From NCBI RefSeq assembly GCF_030144855.1, contig NC_082731.1:20212001-20276000 (forward strand): a DNA stretch of 64,000 bases. The letters are read 5' to 3'. The notes beneath the pieces were generated by a model, which saw only the letters and a program-made list of their open reading frames with translations, ran no database searches and was not told the DNA's origin. The translations under genes were made by a program, and so were the position numbers. This DNA is from Hypanus sabinus. Taxonomy: Eukaryota. This document shows, in pieces, positions 48,835 to 62,813 of this stretch (positions are counted from its first letter, which is position 1; each line of letters opens with the position of its first letter).

Positions 48835-48917
48835 TACCAGGAGTGGGGTTCGAACCCACGTGAACATTCGTTCATTGGATCTTAAGTCCAACGCCTTAAC
48901 CACTCGGCCATCCTGGT
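48835..48917 (-). tRNA. tRNA-Leu-TAA: tRNA-Leu (anticodon UAA), apparently intact
   Basis: ACCAGGATGGCCGAGTGGTTAAGGCGTTGGACTTAAGATCCAATGAACGAATGTTCACGTGGGTTCGAACCCCACTCCTGGTA (83 nt). Perfect 7-bp acceptor stem, TTGGA/TCCAA anticodon stem, 5-bp variable stem, GGTTCGA B-box, and a T5 terminator at + 48806-48810. Confidence 0.95.
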
Positions 48918-51900
48918 CCGATAAATGGAAAACGGCGAAACACCATTACCGACCAATTGAAAAGCTTTCTCGGAGTTCCTGCTCGGATACTGTTGTATGC
49001 GTCAGGCTGTCGTAGCCCTGTGCAGTCGCATTCCGTTAAAATACTTCAACTTTCCTCGTATTTCAGCTTTCAACTCCTTTAGTTTTTTCATACGTGGGCC
49101 ATAGCACATATCTAAGGTTATAAGATTAAGAACTGAAGGTCATAGAATTAAAGGGAGAGGAAATAGATTTATTTTAATATTGGGAGTTTAGTGACAGGTT
49201 TCTTTTACACACTTAGTGGAACTGCCGTGATTTGGTGGAATCAAATGCAATCATTGAAATTATGGAACAGCTCTATTTCTACATTTAAAATCTTTATTTT
49301 TCCCTTTCGGTGTTCTTTCTGAAGACCCTGACCTGGAGTTACACGCAGGCTTCGGATATCTGCGGGAATGGGACCCTTTCTCAGGATTCAACGACTGGCC
49401 GCTATTCGACATGCCAGGGGTTTGGGTTGGGAATCTCCATCGTGTTCGGAAGCCTAAGATATTCGGTCTGTGGTGACGGGCGGATCGAGGGACGGTGTCA
49501 CGGCTGGAGACTCGTGTATCGTCAGGGAGGCCGGAAAATCTTTCGCTGAGGGCCCAAAGACCCGATGTCTTTGTGATCTTCGGACACAGTGCTCGAAAAT
49601 TTTTCAGGTAACTTTGGTCTGTGTCTTTGCTATTGCTCAGCACACGCTTTGGTTCGGTGATAGTAAGGTTGCCCGTTTATTTTTGCTGGTAGGGGGTTGG
49701 GGGATCGTTGTTCACTGCCGCTTACGTGCAGGAAGGGGGAGCTGGAGAGGACTTTGGGGTTCTTTTAGCTGTTTTAGGGACGTTTAGCTGTTGTTTACTC
49801 TTTAAGGCACTTCTTTATTTTTGTGGATGTTTGTGAAGAAAAAGCATTTCAGGATGCATATTGTATACATTTCTCTGACATTAAATTTAACAGTTGAACT
49901 TTTGCAGCAATCCGGCTGGGAATTATGACTGAGTGAGATAGAGAAAGAGAGAGGTAAGTAGATAGATACAGAGAGAAACACAGGGGGAAAGACTGGAAGC
50001 AAACGGCACACAGGAAGAGTAAGACAGCGAAGGGGAGTGGGAGAGTCACACGCTGCTAGGGCAGTTGCTTGAAACTGGAAGGATGGTGGATAGATAGATA
50101 GCGCGTGCACGTGAGAAGAATGGGCACAGATTGTTTACCAAAGAAAGATAATTAAATCTTTTCTGTGCTTTCCAGATATGCATAACATAGCCCCCAGAGC
50201 ATGTTGGACCATTTATTCCAGGTAAAATGAATGGTTATTGGTAATGCCCCATCCCGTCCAATGCAGGATCACCAAACGCAAGGCCACCAAAACGATCCAC
50301 TTTCTAAAACCTTCTCACTTAGCCTTTTCGTTCCTCAATTGAGTTGTCATAAAGTACTTCGAAACCTCGTTTCCAGCACTCTTTCAAACGACTACTCCAC
50401 ACTTCCACAATTCTTTGGAATTTCCCACCTTGAGAAAGAATGACTCAACCTCTTGTGCACCTGTGCCCAGGAGTGCATGTACCACATTCTGCAAGGATCA
50501 TAATCTTTCCCAAATAAATTGCCCTAGATGCGATTGTGCTGAAACTACAGTCGTAGTGGTTTCAAACTCCGCTGTGCACTCTCATCTCCAGACACCATGT
50601 TCATTCATACTGAAATGATTGATCGACTGTTGCATATACAGGTCGGAAAATAAACTGCATTTCTGAACCTGTAAAAATAACGAGAGCTCTATACTCGGTC
50701 AAGACACTTAAAGAGAAGGAAGGGCCATTGTAGGTCCAGGGAAGGATGAAATAATATGCACTAGCCAAGGGCAGCGAGCACGTACAACCAAATTCGTACA
50801 CAACGTAGCCACCGTTATCACACTGACAGCTATTCACAAGCCAGTAACGGTAGTTAGGTACGCTGGAATTAATCCCGCGAGTACCCCCCTCAAAGAGAGG
50901 GAGGCACACGAATGTCAAATAGGAATAGAGCAGTAAAAAGATATGGGTGCAATGGAAACACCTCCGGACGGAAAGCAGGGAATAGCTTTGTGGATGGATG
51001 TCGGAGGGACATAAACTAGAACAGACGGTCTGGGTGCACTGTGGTGAAGGACGCAGGTGAAGAATGAGCTTCAGCAGCACTGCCAGGGGATTGCTAAGCT
51101 CAGGTGGTGGATCTGCTGGCCCCGTCAGAAAAAATGCGCTCCAGTAAAGGCAGACAAGCAGTTATATATAAAAACAGACCGTATAACTTGGGGCCGGTTA
51201 TCGGAAGGCCTGGTACGCAACAGGTGCAGGTATTCAGCACGGGCAGTCATATAACAACTACCGGAAGCACTGTCTGCCAGCTCAAGTGACAGTAATTTAA
51301 GTGGAATCTCAGCGGTAAGAGAAGAGTAAGGAGCAGAAAGTAATAAGAAATGGCAAGTGTGCAGGAAGAAACGTCGGAAGCCAGTTGAATAAAAATGGAC
51401 AGCTTCGACGGGACACTTCAAAAAGCAGGGGGAAAAGCTTATGTCTCGTCATTATGAGCAAAAGAAAATCTGCAGATTCTGGAAATCCAAGAAATGCACA
51501 CGAGGTACTGGAGGAATTGTCCTGGCCAGGCAGTATCTCTGTAGTGACGATCTGTAATTAAGCTGTCTGGCCTGCTGTGCTCCTCCAGCAAATGTGTGTA
51601 TTGTCTTCTAATTATGGATCACTTCAGTCGGCAAGTGGACGTTTTCCCAACCAGAGACTGCACCGCCGGCATCGCTGCACGGAGTATTGTCGGGTAATAC
51701 TACCAAGGTGAAGAACTCTTCCAGAAGGACTATGACAAGGAAGAACATTTCAGAAGGAAAGTGAAAAATGAAATGTGCCGACTGCGGTGGATTCGACAAC
51801 GGGTCCGCATCCCCTACCATGAAGGACGCGGCCTGGAAGATTAGTGCGCCTTCAGGGTTCCGGACCAGGCGGCGGGCCGATTCGAGGCCGGTGCTGCCGC

Positions 51901-54900
51901 CTGATGTGTTGTGTGAGTACACGGAAGATCTGAAGCAGCAAAAACTAAGGACCCGAGCTCTTTGAGCACAGAGCTCGGAAAAAGCGACACCACAGACTTT
52001 GAACAACATATTTCAGCGAGTTGATTGATGTGTCTCTCATCACGCTGTGAAACAGGAACACCTCTTGTCCGCTTATTCGGAAGAAAGAGAGCCTGTGATA
52101 TTTCGAATACTGGTTGAACGATTTGTCTTTGATGTCCTGCATATATCTGTCTTTCTTAATGCTTTGCTACGGGCTTGAGTGCTCTTGCCGGGGGCCGATG
52201 CTTTTTACTGGTGGGAGAGGCGGCTTTATTGCTTGGCTGCTGCTTGTGCGTGGCAGCGGGGAGGAGGTGGGGAGGCGTCTTTGCGTTTCCAATATCTGTC
52301 ATTCATTCTTTGGGGCACTCCTCTGTTTTCCTGGATGTTTTCGAAGAAATATTATTTCAGGATGTTTATTCTATACATTTCCCTGACAATAAATGTACCA
52401 AAGCGACAGCTGATGGGGAAAGACATGGGTTGACGTATTACCATTCATCCTGATGAGAATGCGAGTAATCCAAACCGCACGCTGGTTTTCAGCCGCTATG
52501 AGTTATTGTTAGGGTAAAAATCAGATTCCCTAATGGGAGAAGTACGGATTGCTGTGAGCCTGGGGTGCACAGGGACAGACTGACACAGTATGTGAAAGAG
52601 CTTTGTATGTGACATAAAGTATTGAAGGATCGAGCCAAATACCGCAGCACGTTGATGATCAGAGGGATCCACTGGGAAAGGAGATAGTCCACCCAAATCC
52701 CAGTGACCAACACATGGTGAGGGTGTTGCTTGAAAGTGTATGCTCCGAGCTGGATCGGACCACAAATGGTACTGTCACAAGTAACACGTGTTTGTGTGGA
52801 GACTTCACGAGGCAGCCAGTAGAAACAATGGATTCAGGTTACACTGTGAAACTCACTTTCTTGTTGTCACCGCAGGCGAAAACGGGGAAGGAGTGCAGCT
52901 AGTAACCGTGTAAATATAGAGAATCCAGGAGATGGTCACCAGCCAGCCACACCAGAACTGACCACAATGGATGCAAACTGATCCACAGGAAACGCGAAGG
53001 TAGGGGGCACCGAGATTGTGAGAGAAACCTGTGAATAGCATGCTAAAGAGTAATGGTGAACGCATCATGTTCTCACCGCTGATTACTGAAAGTATGTGAT
53101 TAGTTACAAAGCAGTAAATAGAAAATGTATCGGCAGGGAATTAAGTTTAAGCAGACACCTATATACCTTCGATACCATGGTAGAATTGAGGAGGAATGCA
53201 GAAGGAATCTGAAGGCCGTTACGCTCACCTGAATGGGGAATAGAATTGGGTTGGACTCTTTCAGCAGTTGCGGTCAGCGATCGACTGGATAGTTTGGAAA
53301 GGGAGAGGTCGTTTTAGTAATTGAAATGGAGACCACACCAATCCCTTATTGTACATCTATGAGAAGCCCTGTGAACCTGATGAATTTACTTTCCAGCTGC
53401 TCCTGGAAAGAGAGACAGTTAGCTACCAGAAAATGGAAGCATGAAGACAAGGAATTGGCTGGGCTTCAATCGGTCAGCAAAGGATTAGCCAACAGGAATA
53501 CACATGAATCTGCATTTCTAAGGACTGCTGTTCACATTTCTGGACAAACTCTCTGCTTAGCATTTTGAAAGAAGCAATTAAGCATGATTGGGTAGATGTA
53601 CATGCGCCAATGGGAATTATGGAAAATTCCGAAGGAGGGCCTTTTTGCTGCCCAATTTGAGTAGATCTTCCTTAAGTCTGGCCTTTCGTGCTAGGTAATT
53701 ATTTTTGTCCGGGGTGCTAAGAGGAGGGAATGTTCGAGACAATTTTAGATCCAGCACGTGTGCCAATTAAAGTAACTGACTTTGGCCACTAGCCTTCGAA
53801 GTCGAATATGCATTTTTGATTATTTTAAAACGCAACTCTGTACAATAGGTTCCTAAAGACCTCAGATGACGGACCAGACAACGCTTATTAAAATGCATTT
53901 CGATGTCTGTGGTATGGGTGCGAATCGTGAGGTGTCAGGTTTGTGTGTGCTTCCAATGAAAGCATTGTGGGTGTATTATAAATATGGAATTGTCCTTTGT
54001 GAATTAGTACATAATATATGAGGTAGCGTGAGCATCGAGACCTTTCCACCGAAAGGGCCTTAATTCAGCATATTGCCTGCTGTATCTTGTTGTTTCTAAA
54101 ATCTCACCCTGAGCATAACCGGCTCTCGTTTTTAGGTGCGTCGTTGGCGCCACCCTCTCCTAAGGGACCCTACTACTTACCCCGATCCCTCTGGTTTCCG
54201 CAAGGATTGCACTTTCTGCGACTCCTTTTCATTCATCCTCATCAGTAATCTTCAATCAGGGAATTATTCTTGTAAGCGGCTCACTACCATTGAGAGCCGA
54301 ATACGTTTTACTTATTTTCTGCCTCAGTGAAGTGCCCTCCATTTGCCGGAAGGAAGACATGCGGAGAGAGATGCGTCTGGATTGCGGTTTGTGACTGGCC
54401 AGAGGAGAGAGGAAAGTGTGGGGAACTAATATGGTGCGAAAATGAAGGGAGGAAGAGAGCGATTGAGAATGATGAGGTGAGAAAGTGAATAAATGAGCGA
54501 GACGTATGAGCACTGAAATAATTAGTGAGAGAGAGAGAAATGGTGATCGATAGAGCAGTAAGTCGAGCGAGTGGCAGGGGAAGAGAGAGAACTGGGATGG
54601 CGAGACTTTGTGGAAGAAAAATGGAGGAAAGAGAATGAGGTGCAGCCACCGTAGATAGTGTTTATCCAGAAAATTTTTTTCAGATATGGGCATGGGATTT
54701 CAAAGTTCTATTCCTGCGCATCTATATAAAGTCTGCATGAACTCCCTTCGGAATGTGCGGAAATTCTGCGTGATCTACAGACTCCGCTCGCAGTCCAAAG
54801 ATGTACTGATAAGCATGTTAATCACTCATTGTAAATTGTGTTGTGATTAGTTTAGGGTCTTGGATCTCTCGGGTTGAGGTGGCCGATGCGACTATTCCAC

Positions 54901-55262
54901 AATCCACCGCTAACTAAATAAATAAAACAAAAGTGAGAAGAGTGGGACAAAGAAAGCATTTGAGAGAGGAAGACGGAGTGAGCGTGAGAAAGGGAAAGGG
55001 AAAGATGGAGCAAGAGGGAAGGAAGGATCTATGGGGGGGCACGAGAAAACAATTGAGTGGGATGAAAATAAAGAGGGAAAGAACAAGTATAAGGCAGGAA
55101 AGAGAAAGAGGAAAGCAATGCTTGTGAAACTCAGGGAACGGTCGATGGAGAAAGTAGTGACACGGGAGGGAATGAAAAATGGAAGATTAGAGATGGATAG
55201 GATGTGAGGGAATCAGAGAGAGAAAGAGAGAGAGAGAGCTGGAGAGATGATAAATAAGATTC

Positions 55263-56008
55263 TCTCTTTCCTTTCTTTTTCCAATTTATTAATTAAATTT
55301 TATATACGTTTGTACATAAATATAGAACTTATAAGGCTATTTATTATAAATCAAAATAAGGTAGCACAAAATGCACGTTATATAAGTCATACCGATAAAA
55401 TCACGGTATTCCATATTCATGATCAATCAAATAAAATAAATTGAATTATGAAATACAATAATATGGTTAATTATATTATAAAAAGAAACTACACCCACTA
55501 CGAAGACAAAGCTGGTTTGTAAAAAATACAAGAGAGAAAAAAGAGTACTTTACTATATAGTGCTTGAATGAGAATAGCTCGGTTAGAGAAAAAAAAAGAT
55601 TGGGAAAAGGATTCACAATGTAAACGATTATATTGGCTATGACGAGGCGGCGCGTGGCCAAGGGGTAAAGAGGTCCGACTGGCCATCTGAAGTTCGTGAG
55701 TTCAAGCCTCAGCCGAGACAGCTTGTTGTGTACCGGCAAAATGCTGGGGTGAACCTCGCGATAGACTGGCGTCCTATCCGTTGCGGGGGCGAAGGGGAAG
55801 GGGACGGGGGCGTCTCGAACGCTTAGTCACTTCACGCTCCAGAAACAGGCATAAGCACCGGCCTGATGAGCCTTTAAGGTTCGGGACAGACTTTAACGTT
55901 AACTCAAAGACCTGTAGGCTTTTTGCAAAATAGCTATTTCATCATCATTATGTACTCGTCAGTACAAAGGGGTCATATGTCTAAAGACAATCTCTCACAT
56001 TTTTCGCA
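55263..56008. mobile_element. Duplicate composite insertion with 14-bp TSD
   Basis: TSD GATAAATAAGATTC at 55249-55262 and GATAAATAAGACTC at 56009-56022. Confidence 0.75.
55644..55904 (+). mobile_element. tRNA-derived SINE (duplicate)
   Basis: TGGCCAAGGGG A-box, GAGTTCAAGCC B-box; same body as 20800. Confidence 0.7.
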
Positions 56009-56571
56009 GATAAATAAGACTCAATATTCACCAGACCAATTCCTAACTGAATTTACATGCAGTAAGGAACATGGAGAAAGACCAAGCATTGAAAAGTGAT
56101 AGGGGGAATTAATGCTGTAGAGTCAGTGAGCGATATTGGGAACATGTCATTAAGAATTAGAGATAGATAGATAGATAGATAGATAGGTAGATAGATAGAT
56201 AGAGAGTCGAAGAGTGCGTGTAGGAGAGAGACAGAGGTGCAGTGGAACAGAAAGAACGAATGAGGGGGAATAATATGGTAAGAATATGGAGCTTAGAAAA
56301 ACAGAGGGCTGGTGTACTTAAATCAAAAATAAATTACAAAAAAAAAAGAAAAATAGAGGGCTATCAATAAGCCTAGGTAGTTCTAATGTAAGGACATGTT
56401 CAACACAGCTTGCTGGGCCGAAGGGCCGGTATTGTGCTGTATGTTTTCTATGTTTCTAGTGAGTGAGATTGCAAATAAGTGAAAACAGGAGAAACATTGC
56501 GAGGAAGTAATAGAAGATAGAAAGAAGTATAAAGGCAAGCAGAAACAGCAAAAAACAACTGAAACAAAATG

Positions 56572-56616
56572 TGATTGGTGTCCGGACCAGATTAGTTCGA
56601 CGCTCACAGCCAATCA
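56572..56616 (+). promoter_or_regulatory. V5 promoter: inverted CCAAT pair
   Basis: TGATTGG ... AGCCAATCA, same spacing. Confidence 0.6.
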
Positions 56617-56748
56617 ATCCGCTGGCAGGCCTGCGCCCCCACATGTACGCAAGGTGAAATATGCCGTAGGTCTGATTTTACTCTACATTATCGGTCAAGG
56701 ATATTAACTTACTGGACTGCAAGTAAACTGTCTTTCGATCCGGACACC

Positions 56749-57181
56749 ATGAATTTCCTGTGCTCTCTGCTGATTCTATTGGCTATGATGCCCGGTGAGT
56801 CTTCGCGGTAACGGTCTGTATCTGTTCCTTATGTCCGGAGAAAGCTCGATCTGTTCATGTATTCTGTCATTTTATTGCAGGAGCAATTGGGAAAGATTCC
56901 GTGACGCAGTGGCCGACTGATTTAACGATTGTGGAAGAACAAAATGTAACTCTGAACTGTAATTACACTGGCGCACCTATCTATATTGCTTGGTATGTTC
57001 AGCATTGAGTGGAATCTCCAAAATATTTGCTGAAGTTTTTCAGCAGCGGAAAGATGGACCGGCATGCCGAATGTCCGGCGAGGTTTTCTGGTGGTTGGCA
57101 GAGAGATAACAAGACGGCACATTTGTATATCTCTGGTGCTTTCGTGTCGGACTCCGCCGTGTATCTTTGTGCCATGAGTCC
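56749..57181 (+). pseudogene. TRAV: TCR alpha/delta-like V gene V5, join(56749..56794,56881..57181); premature stop CGA>TGA at 57006-57008
   Basis: Near-identical paralog of V2, with WYVQH* in place of WYVQHR. The rest of the frame is intact. Confidence 0.9.
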
Positions 57182-57220
57182 CACAGTGCTGTTGGATGAT
57201 GACAGCTCCGAACACAATCC
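57182..57220 (+). other. 23-RSS of V5 (nonamer mutated)
   Basis: CACAGTG + 23 bp + ACACAATCC. Confidence 0.85.
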
Positions 57221-57243
57221 GCCGTCGGTGATGCAGTGAGCGC

Positions 57244-57257
57244 TCGCTAGAGGGCGC
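57244..57257 (+). promoter_or_regulatory. CTCF-like motif 23 bp 3' of the V5 RSS
   Basis: TCGCTAGAGGGCGC, 12/14 match to core. Confidence 0.65.
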
Positions 57258-60200
57258 CCTTTGCCGGGAAAGTAGCCGAAGTGCAGAAACAAATCCCCCC
57301 ACAGCCACGTGATCGACTTAAGAACGAGAAAGTTATTCGCAAGAGTTACGCAGTTTTGCGGAACTGTTCGTCAATGGAATGTGTACCAATTTGCACCAAT
57401 TGAAACGTTATGAAACATTTCCCAAACACATGCAACATGTTAGTTGACATAGGGGCAAAAGTACCCATAACTGATCCACATTTGCGAAGTGCCGTACAGC
57501 ATATTTATATTACGGGTGCAGGAGAAAGAAGCGAAATAGAGATATTCGAAATAGGCGAGGAGCCAATTTCATTGTATTTCTGGATATGTCCAAATAATGT
57601 GTGAACTATTTTCGGAATAGACGCTGAAAGGGAAGCAAGGGCCATTGCAGATACAGGAATAATATGCACAAGCTAAGGGCAGCGAGCACGTGCAACGAAA
57701 TTTATACACAACGCAGCCAGCGTAATCGCTCTGACAGCTGTACAGATGTCCGTAATGGTAGTGAGGGACACTGGAATTAACCCCGCGAGAACGCTCCACA
57801 CAGAGAGGGAGGCACACTGATAAGAAAATAGGAATACAGAAGGAAAAAATATCGGTGCAAAGGAAACGCCTCTAGAGGGAAAACAGGGAATAGATTTGTG
57901 GATGGGTGTCGGAGGCACTTAAACTAGAACACAAGGTCTGGGTGCACTGTGGTGAAGGGCGCAGGTGAAGAATAAGCTTCAGCAGCACTGAGAGGGGATT
58001 TCTAAGCTCAGGTGGCGTCCCTGTTGGCCCCCACAGAAACAATGCTCTGCAGCAAAGGCAGACAAGCAAATATATTTTCAGACAGCCCGTATCCTTTCAG
58101 GATGGTTATTGGATGAGCTGGGAAAGATGAGGATTTGTAAACACAACTGCTGCAGGTATTCAGCACGGGCACTCAATACAACAACTGCCGGAAGCACTGT
58201 CTGCCAGCTCAAGTGACTTTAATTAAAGTGGAATCTCAGCGGTAAGAGAAGAGTAAGGATCCGTAAGTAATAACAAGAAATTGCATGTGTGCAGGAAGAA
58301 ACGTCGGAAGCCAGTTGAATAAAAACAGGCAGCTCTGAGGGGACCCTTGGTATTTTGTGTGTAATGTGTTGTAATTATGAATCACTTTAGCCCGCGGGTA
58401 GAAGCTTTCCGAACTGGAGACTGCATCGCCAGCTGCGCTGCACGGAGTGTTGTCAGGTAATCTTATCAAGGTGAAGAACACTTGCAGACGGCCATGACCA
58501 GGAAACACATTTCACAGGAAAAGTGATAAATGAAATTTGCCGTCTGCGATGGTTTCGGGAACGATTCCACGTACCGTACCACCAAGGACGCGGCCTGGAA
58601 GATTAGTGCGCCTTCAGGGTCTTCGAACTGGATACGAGCTGATTCGAGGCCGGTTCTGCCGCCTGATGTGTTGTGTGAGTGCCGAGAACATCTTAAGCAG
58701 CAAGAACTAGGGACTGGAGTTATTTGGGCACAGAGCTCGGAAAAAGCGACGCTACAGACTTTGAAAACCATAAATCAGCGAGATATTTGTTATGTCTCTC
58801 CTCTCGCTATGAAACGGGAACACCTCTTTTCGCCTTATGTAGCAGAAATAGAGGCTGTGATGTTTCGAATATTGGTAAGAGATTTGCCTTTGATGTACTG
58901 CATATATCTGTCTTTCTTAATGCTTTGCTGCAGGCTTGAGTGCTCTTGCTGGGTGCCGTTTCTTTTTACTGATGGGGAGGGGGTTCGTTGCTTTGATGCT
59001 GCTTATACTTGCTGAGGGGCGAGTTGGGGAGGCCGATTTGCGTTTCTAATATCTGCCATTCATTCTTTGGGGCACCCCTCTGTTTTCCTGGATGTTTAAG
59101 AAGAAATATTATCGCAGGATAATACATTTTCCGACAATAAATCGACCTATTTAACCTATCGAATCTATTGAACTTTCAGTGTTCAGGAAAGGTAGAAAAC
59201 ATAAACCAAAGAATCCCTTTGCCAAAGCTACGGCTGATGGGGAAAGACATGGGTTGATGTATTACCATTCATCCTGATGAGATTGCCAGCAATCCAAACA
59301 GCACGCTGGTTTACAGCCGCTATGAGCTATTGGTGGTGTGAAAAATCAGATTCCTTATGGGATATTTACGGGCTGCGGTGAGACTGGGCTGTACAGGGAC
59401 AGCCTGACACATTATGCGAAAGAGCTTTGTATTCGACTTATCGTAATGAAGGATCGAGAAAATTAACAGCAGCACATTGATGATCAGAGAGATCCGTGGC
59501 GACGAAAGGAGATAGTTCTCCCAAAACCCCTTGACCAACACATGGTGAGGGTGTTGAGAGAAATTGCATGATCCCAGATGTATCGGACCACAGATGGTAG
59601 ATTTAAAAAGTGACACGTGTTTTGTGAACGCTAAACGAGTCAGCCTGTGGAAACAATGGATTCAGATTATACTGTAAGAATCACCTTCTGGTTGCCGCCA
59701 TGGAAAATTCAGGGGAAGGAGTACAGCTAGTAACCGTGTAATTATAGAGAATCCAGGAAATGGACACCAGCCAGCCACACCAGAACTGACCACAATGGAT
59801 GGAAACTGATCCACAGCAAACGCGAAGGTACCGATATTGAGAGAGAAACCTGTGAATAACATAATAAAGACCGATGGTGAATTTACTATGTTCTGACTGC
59901 TGATTACTGAAGGTATGTGATTAGTTTAATAGCAGGAAATAGAAAATATATTGCAGAAAATAACTCGGCAGAGATTTAAGTTAAATTAGACATATCCATA
60001 ACTTCGATAGCATAGTAGAATGAGGAAGATTGCTGACGGAATCTGAAGGCAGTTTCACTCAGCATGAATGCGGAATAGAAGTGGACTGGCCCCTTTCAGC
60101 AGTTGCGGCCAGCGATCGCCTGTTAAATTCGGACAAGATTGCAACCAGGCAGTAGTTGAAATGAAGTCCACCCGAACCCCTTATTGTACATCGACGAGAG

Positions 60201-61999
60201 AGCCTGATAAATTTACTTGACTGCTGCCCCTGGAAAGACCGAGTTTTTGCTACCAGAGAATGAAGTGGTGAAGACAAGGAATTGACTAAGCTTCAATCGG
60301 TCAGCAAAGGAAGACCCAACAGGCATACCCATTAAACTGCATTCCGAAAGACTGTTGTTCACATTTCAGGACCAACTCTCTGCTTAGCATTTTGAATGTA
60401 TCAATTACGTATGATAGGGTAGATGTACAAGAGCCTACAGGAATTATGGGAAATCCCGACGGAGGGCATTTATCTGCCCAATTTGTGCAGATCTTCCTTA
60501 AGATTGGCCTTTCGTGCTAGATAATTATTATTGTCCGGGGTGCAGAGAGGAGGAAATGTTCGAAAGAATTTGAGATCCAGCACCTGTGGTGATAAATGTA
60601 ATTGACTTCTGCGACTAGCCTTCAGAGTCTAATATGCATTTTAAATTACTTTAAAATGCAGCTCTGAACAAATGGTTCCTAAACGCCTTAGATCACGGAC
60701 GAGGCAATGCTTATTAAAATGTATTTAGATGTCTGTGGTATGGGTGCGAATCGTCAGATGTGAGGTTTGTGTGTGCTTCCAAAGAAAGCATTGTGCGTGC
60801 ATTGTAAATATGGAATTGTCCATTGCTGGTTAGCCAATAAAATATGACGTAGCTTGGGCACCGGGACCTTTCAACCGAAAGGATCTTAATACAGTATATT
60901 GCCTGCTGTACGTTGCTTTTTCAACAAAAAACTCACCCTGATTATATTGTAATCGGCTGTCATTATCAGGTGTGTCGTTTGTTCCACGGTCTCCTAAGAG
61001 ACTCCACTATTTACACCCTCCCGTCCGCTTTTCGCGGGGATTGCTCTTACCGCGATTCCGTTTCATTCGTCCTCACCACTAATCCTCAACCAGGCACTTG
61101 CTCTTGTAAGCGGCTTGATAGCCACACCTCATTCCTACCACTGAGAGCCGAGTAAGTTTTGCCTATTTTCTGCCTTGGTGGCATGTCCTCTTGGTGGGGA
61201 ACTAATACGGTGCGAAAATGGAGGGAGAAAGATGACGATTGGGAATGATAGAGTGAGAAAGTAAAAAAATGAAGGAGACTTAAGAGCACTGAAATTGTGT
61301 GAGGGAGAGTTAGAGAGAAATGGTGATCGATACAGCAGTAAGTAGAACGAGAGGCAGGGGAAGAGAGAGAAGCTGGGAAGGGGAGAATTAGTGGACGAAG
61401 AATGTAAGAAAGGAATGTGGTCCTGCCAGCGAAGGGTACTGTTATCGCGAAGCTGTTTACAATTCTGGGCATCGGATTTCGGTGTTCGATTACTGCGCAT
61501 CTATAAAGGGCCGGATTACCTCCCTTCGGAAAGTGTGGACATTCTGCGGAATCTTCTGTCTCCACCTACAGGCCAAAGATGTACTGATAAGTATGTTAAT
61601 ATCTCATTGTAATTCGAGCTGTGATTAGGTTAGGGTCTTGGATCTCTAGATGTGAAACTCGGTGCCCGATGGGAGTATTCCGTGAACGACTGCTCAGGAA
61701 ATAAATAAAACAAAAGTTGAAAGTGTACGACTAAGAAAGCATGAGAGAGATAGAAAGAACGAGTGAGCGAGAGAAACGGAAAGGAAAAGACGGAACAAGA
61801 AGGAAGGAAGGACATATCGGGGGAGGTGCTTAAGAAAAGAATTGCGCATTATAAAAATAAAGAGGGAAAGAAAGTATAAGGCAGGAACGAGATAAAGGAA
61901 ATCAACGCTTGTGAAAATGAAGGAACGATCGATGTAGGGATACGGAAGGGGATGTAAAATGGAAGGTTAGCGATGAATATGGTGTGAGGCGTTCAGAGA

Positions 62000-62134
62000 N
62001 NNNNNNNNNNNNNNNNNNNNNNNNNNNNNNNNNNNNNNNNNNNNNNNNNNNNNNNNNNNNNNNNNNNNNNNNNNNNNNNNNNNNNNNNNNNNNNNNNNNN
62101 NNNNNNNNNNNNNNNNNNNNNNNNNNNNNNNNNN
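62000..62134. other. N run at the site of the (AG)n upstream of V6
   Basis: 135 N; flanks match those of 759-842. Confidence 0.95.
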
Positions 62135-62636
62135 AAATAAGACTCAATATTAACCAGACCAATTCCTGAAGTGAATTTACCTGAAGAGAGGAATATAGAG
62201 AAAGACATTGAGAAGAGACACACGGAATAAATGCCGGAGAGTCAGCGAGCCATATGGAGAACATGTCATAATGAATGTGGGATAGATAGAAAGATAAATA
62301 GTTAGACATATGGAGAACGAGAGACCGGATGTGAGTGTGAGAGAGAGGTTCAGTAGAACAGATAGAAGGAATGAGGGGCAAGCATATGGTAAGAATATAG
62401 AGCTTTGAAAAATAGAGGGCTATCGATAAGCCTCGGTAGTTCTAAGGTAAGAACATGTTCAGCACAGCTTTGTGGTCCAACGGCCTGTAATGTGCTGTAG
62501 GTTTTCTATGTTTCAATGTTTCTTGTGAGAGAGATTGCAAATAAGAGAAAGGAGGAGAAACATTTCGAGGAAGTAATACGAGATAGAAAGTGGTATAAAG
62601 GCAAGCAGAAACAACAAAAAGAACTGAAACAAAATG

Positions 62637-62681
62637 TGATTGGTGTCCGGACCGGATTCATTCGGCGCTCACAGCCAATCA
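62637..62681 (+). promoter_or_regulatory. V6 promoter: inverted CCAAT pair
   Basis: TGATTGG ... AGCCAATCA, same spacing. Confidence 0.6.
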
Positions 62682-62813
62682 ACGCAACGGCAGGACTGCG
62701 CCCCCACATTTACGGAAGCTGACATATGCTTAAGGTCTGATGTTACTCTTCAGTATCGGTCAGGAATATTAACTTATTGGACTGCAAGTAAGCAGTCTTT
62801 CGATTCAGACTCC

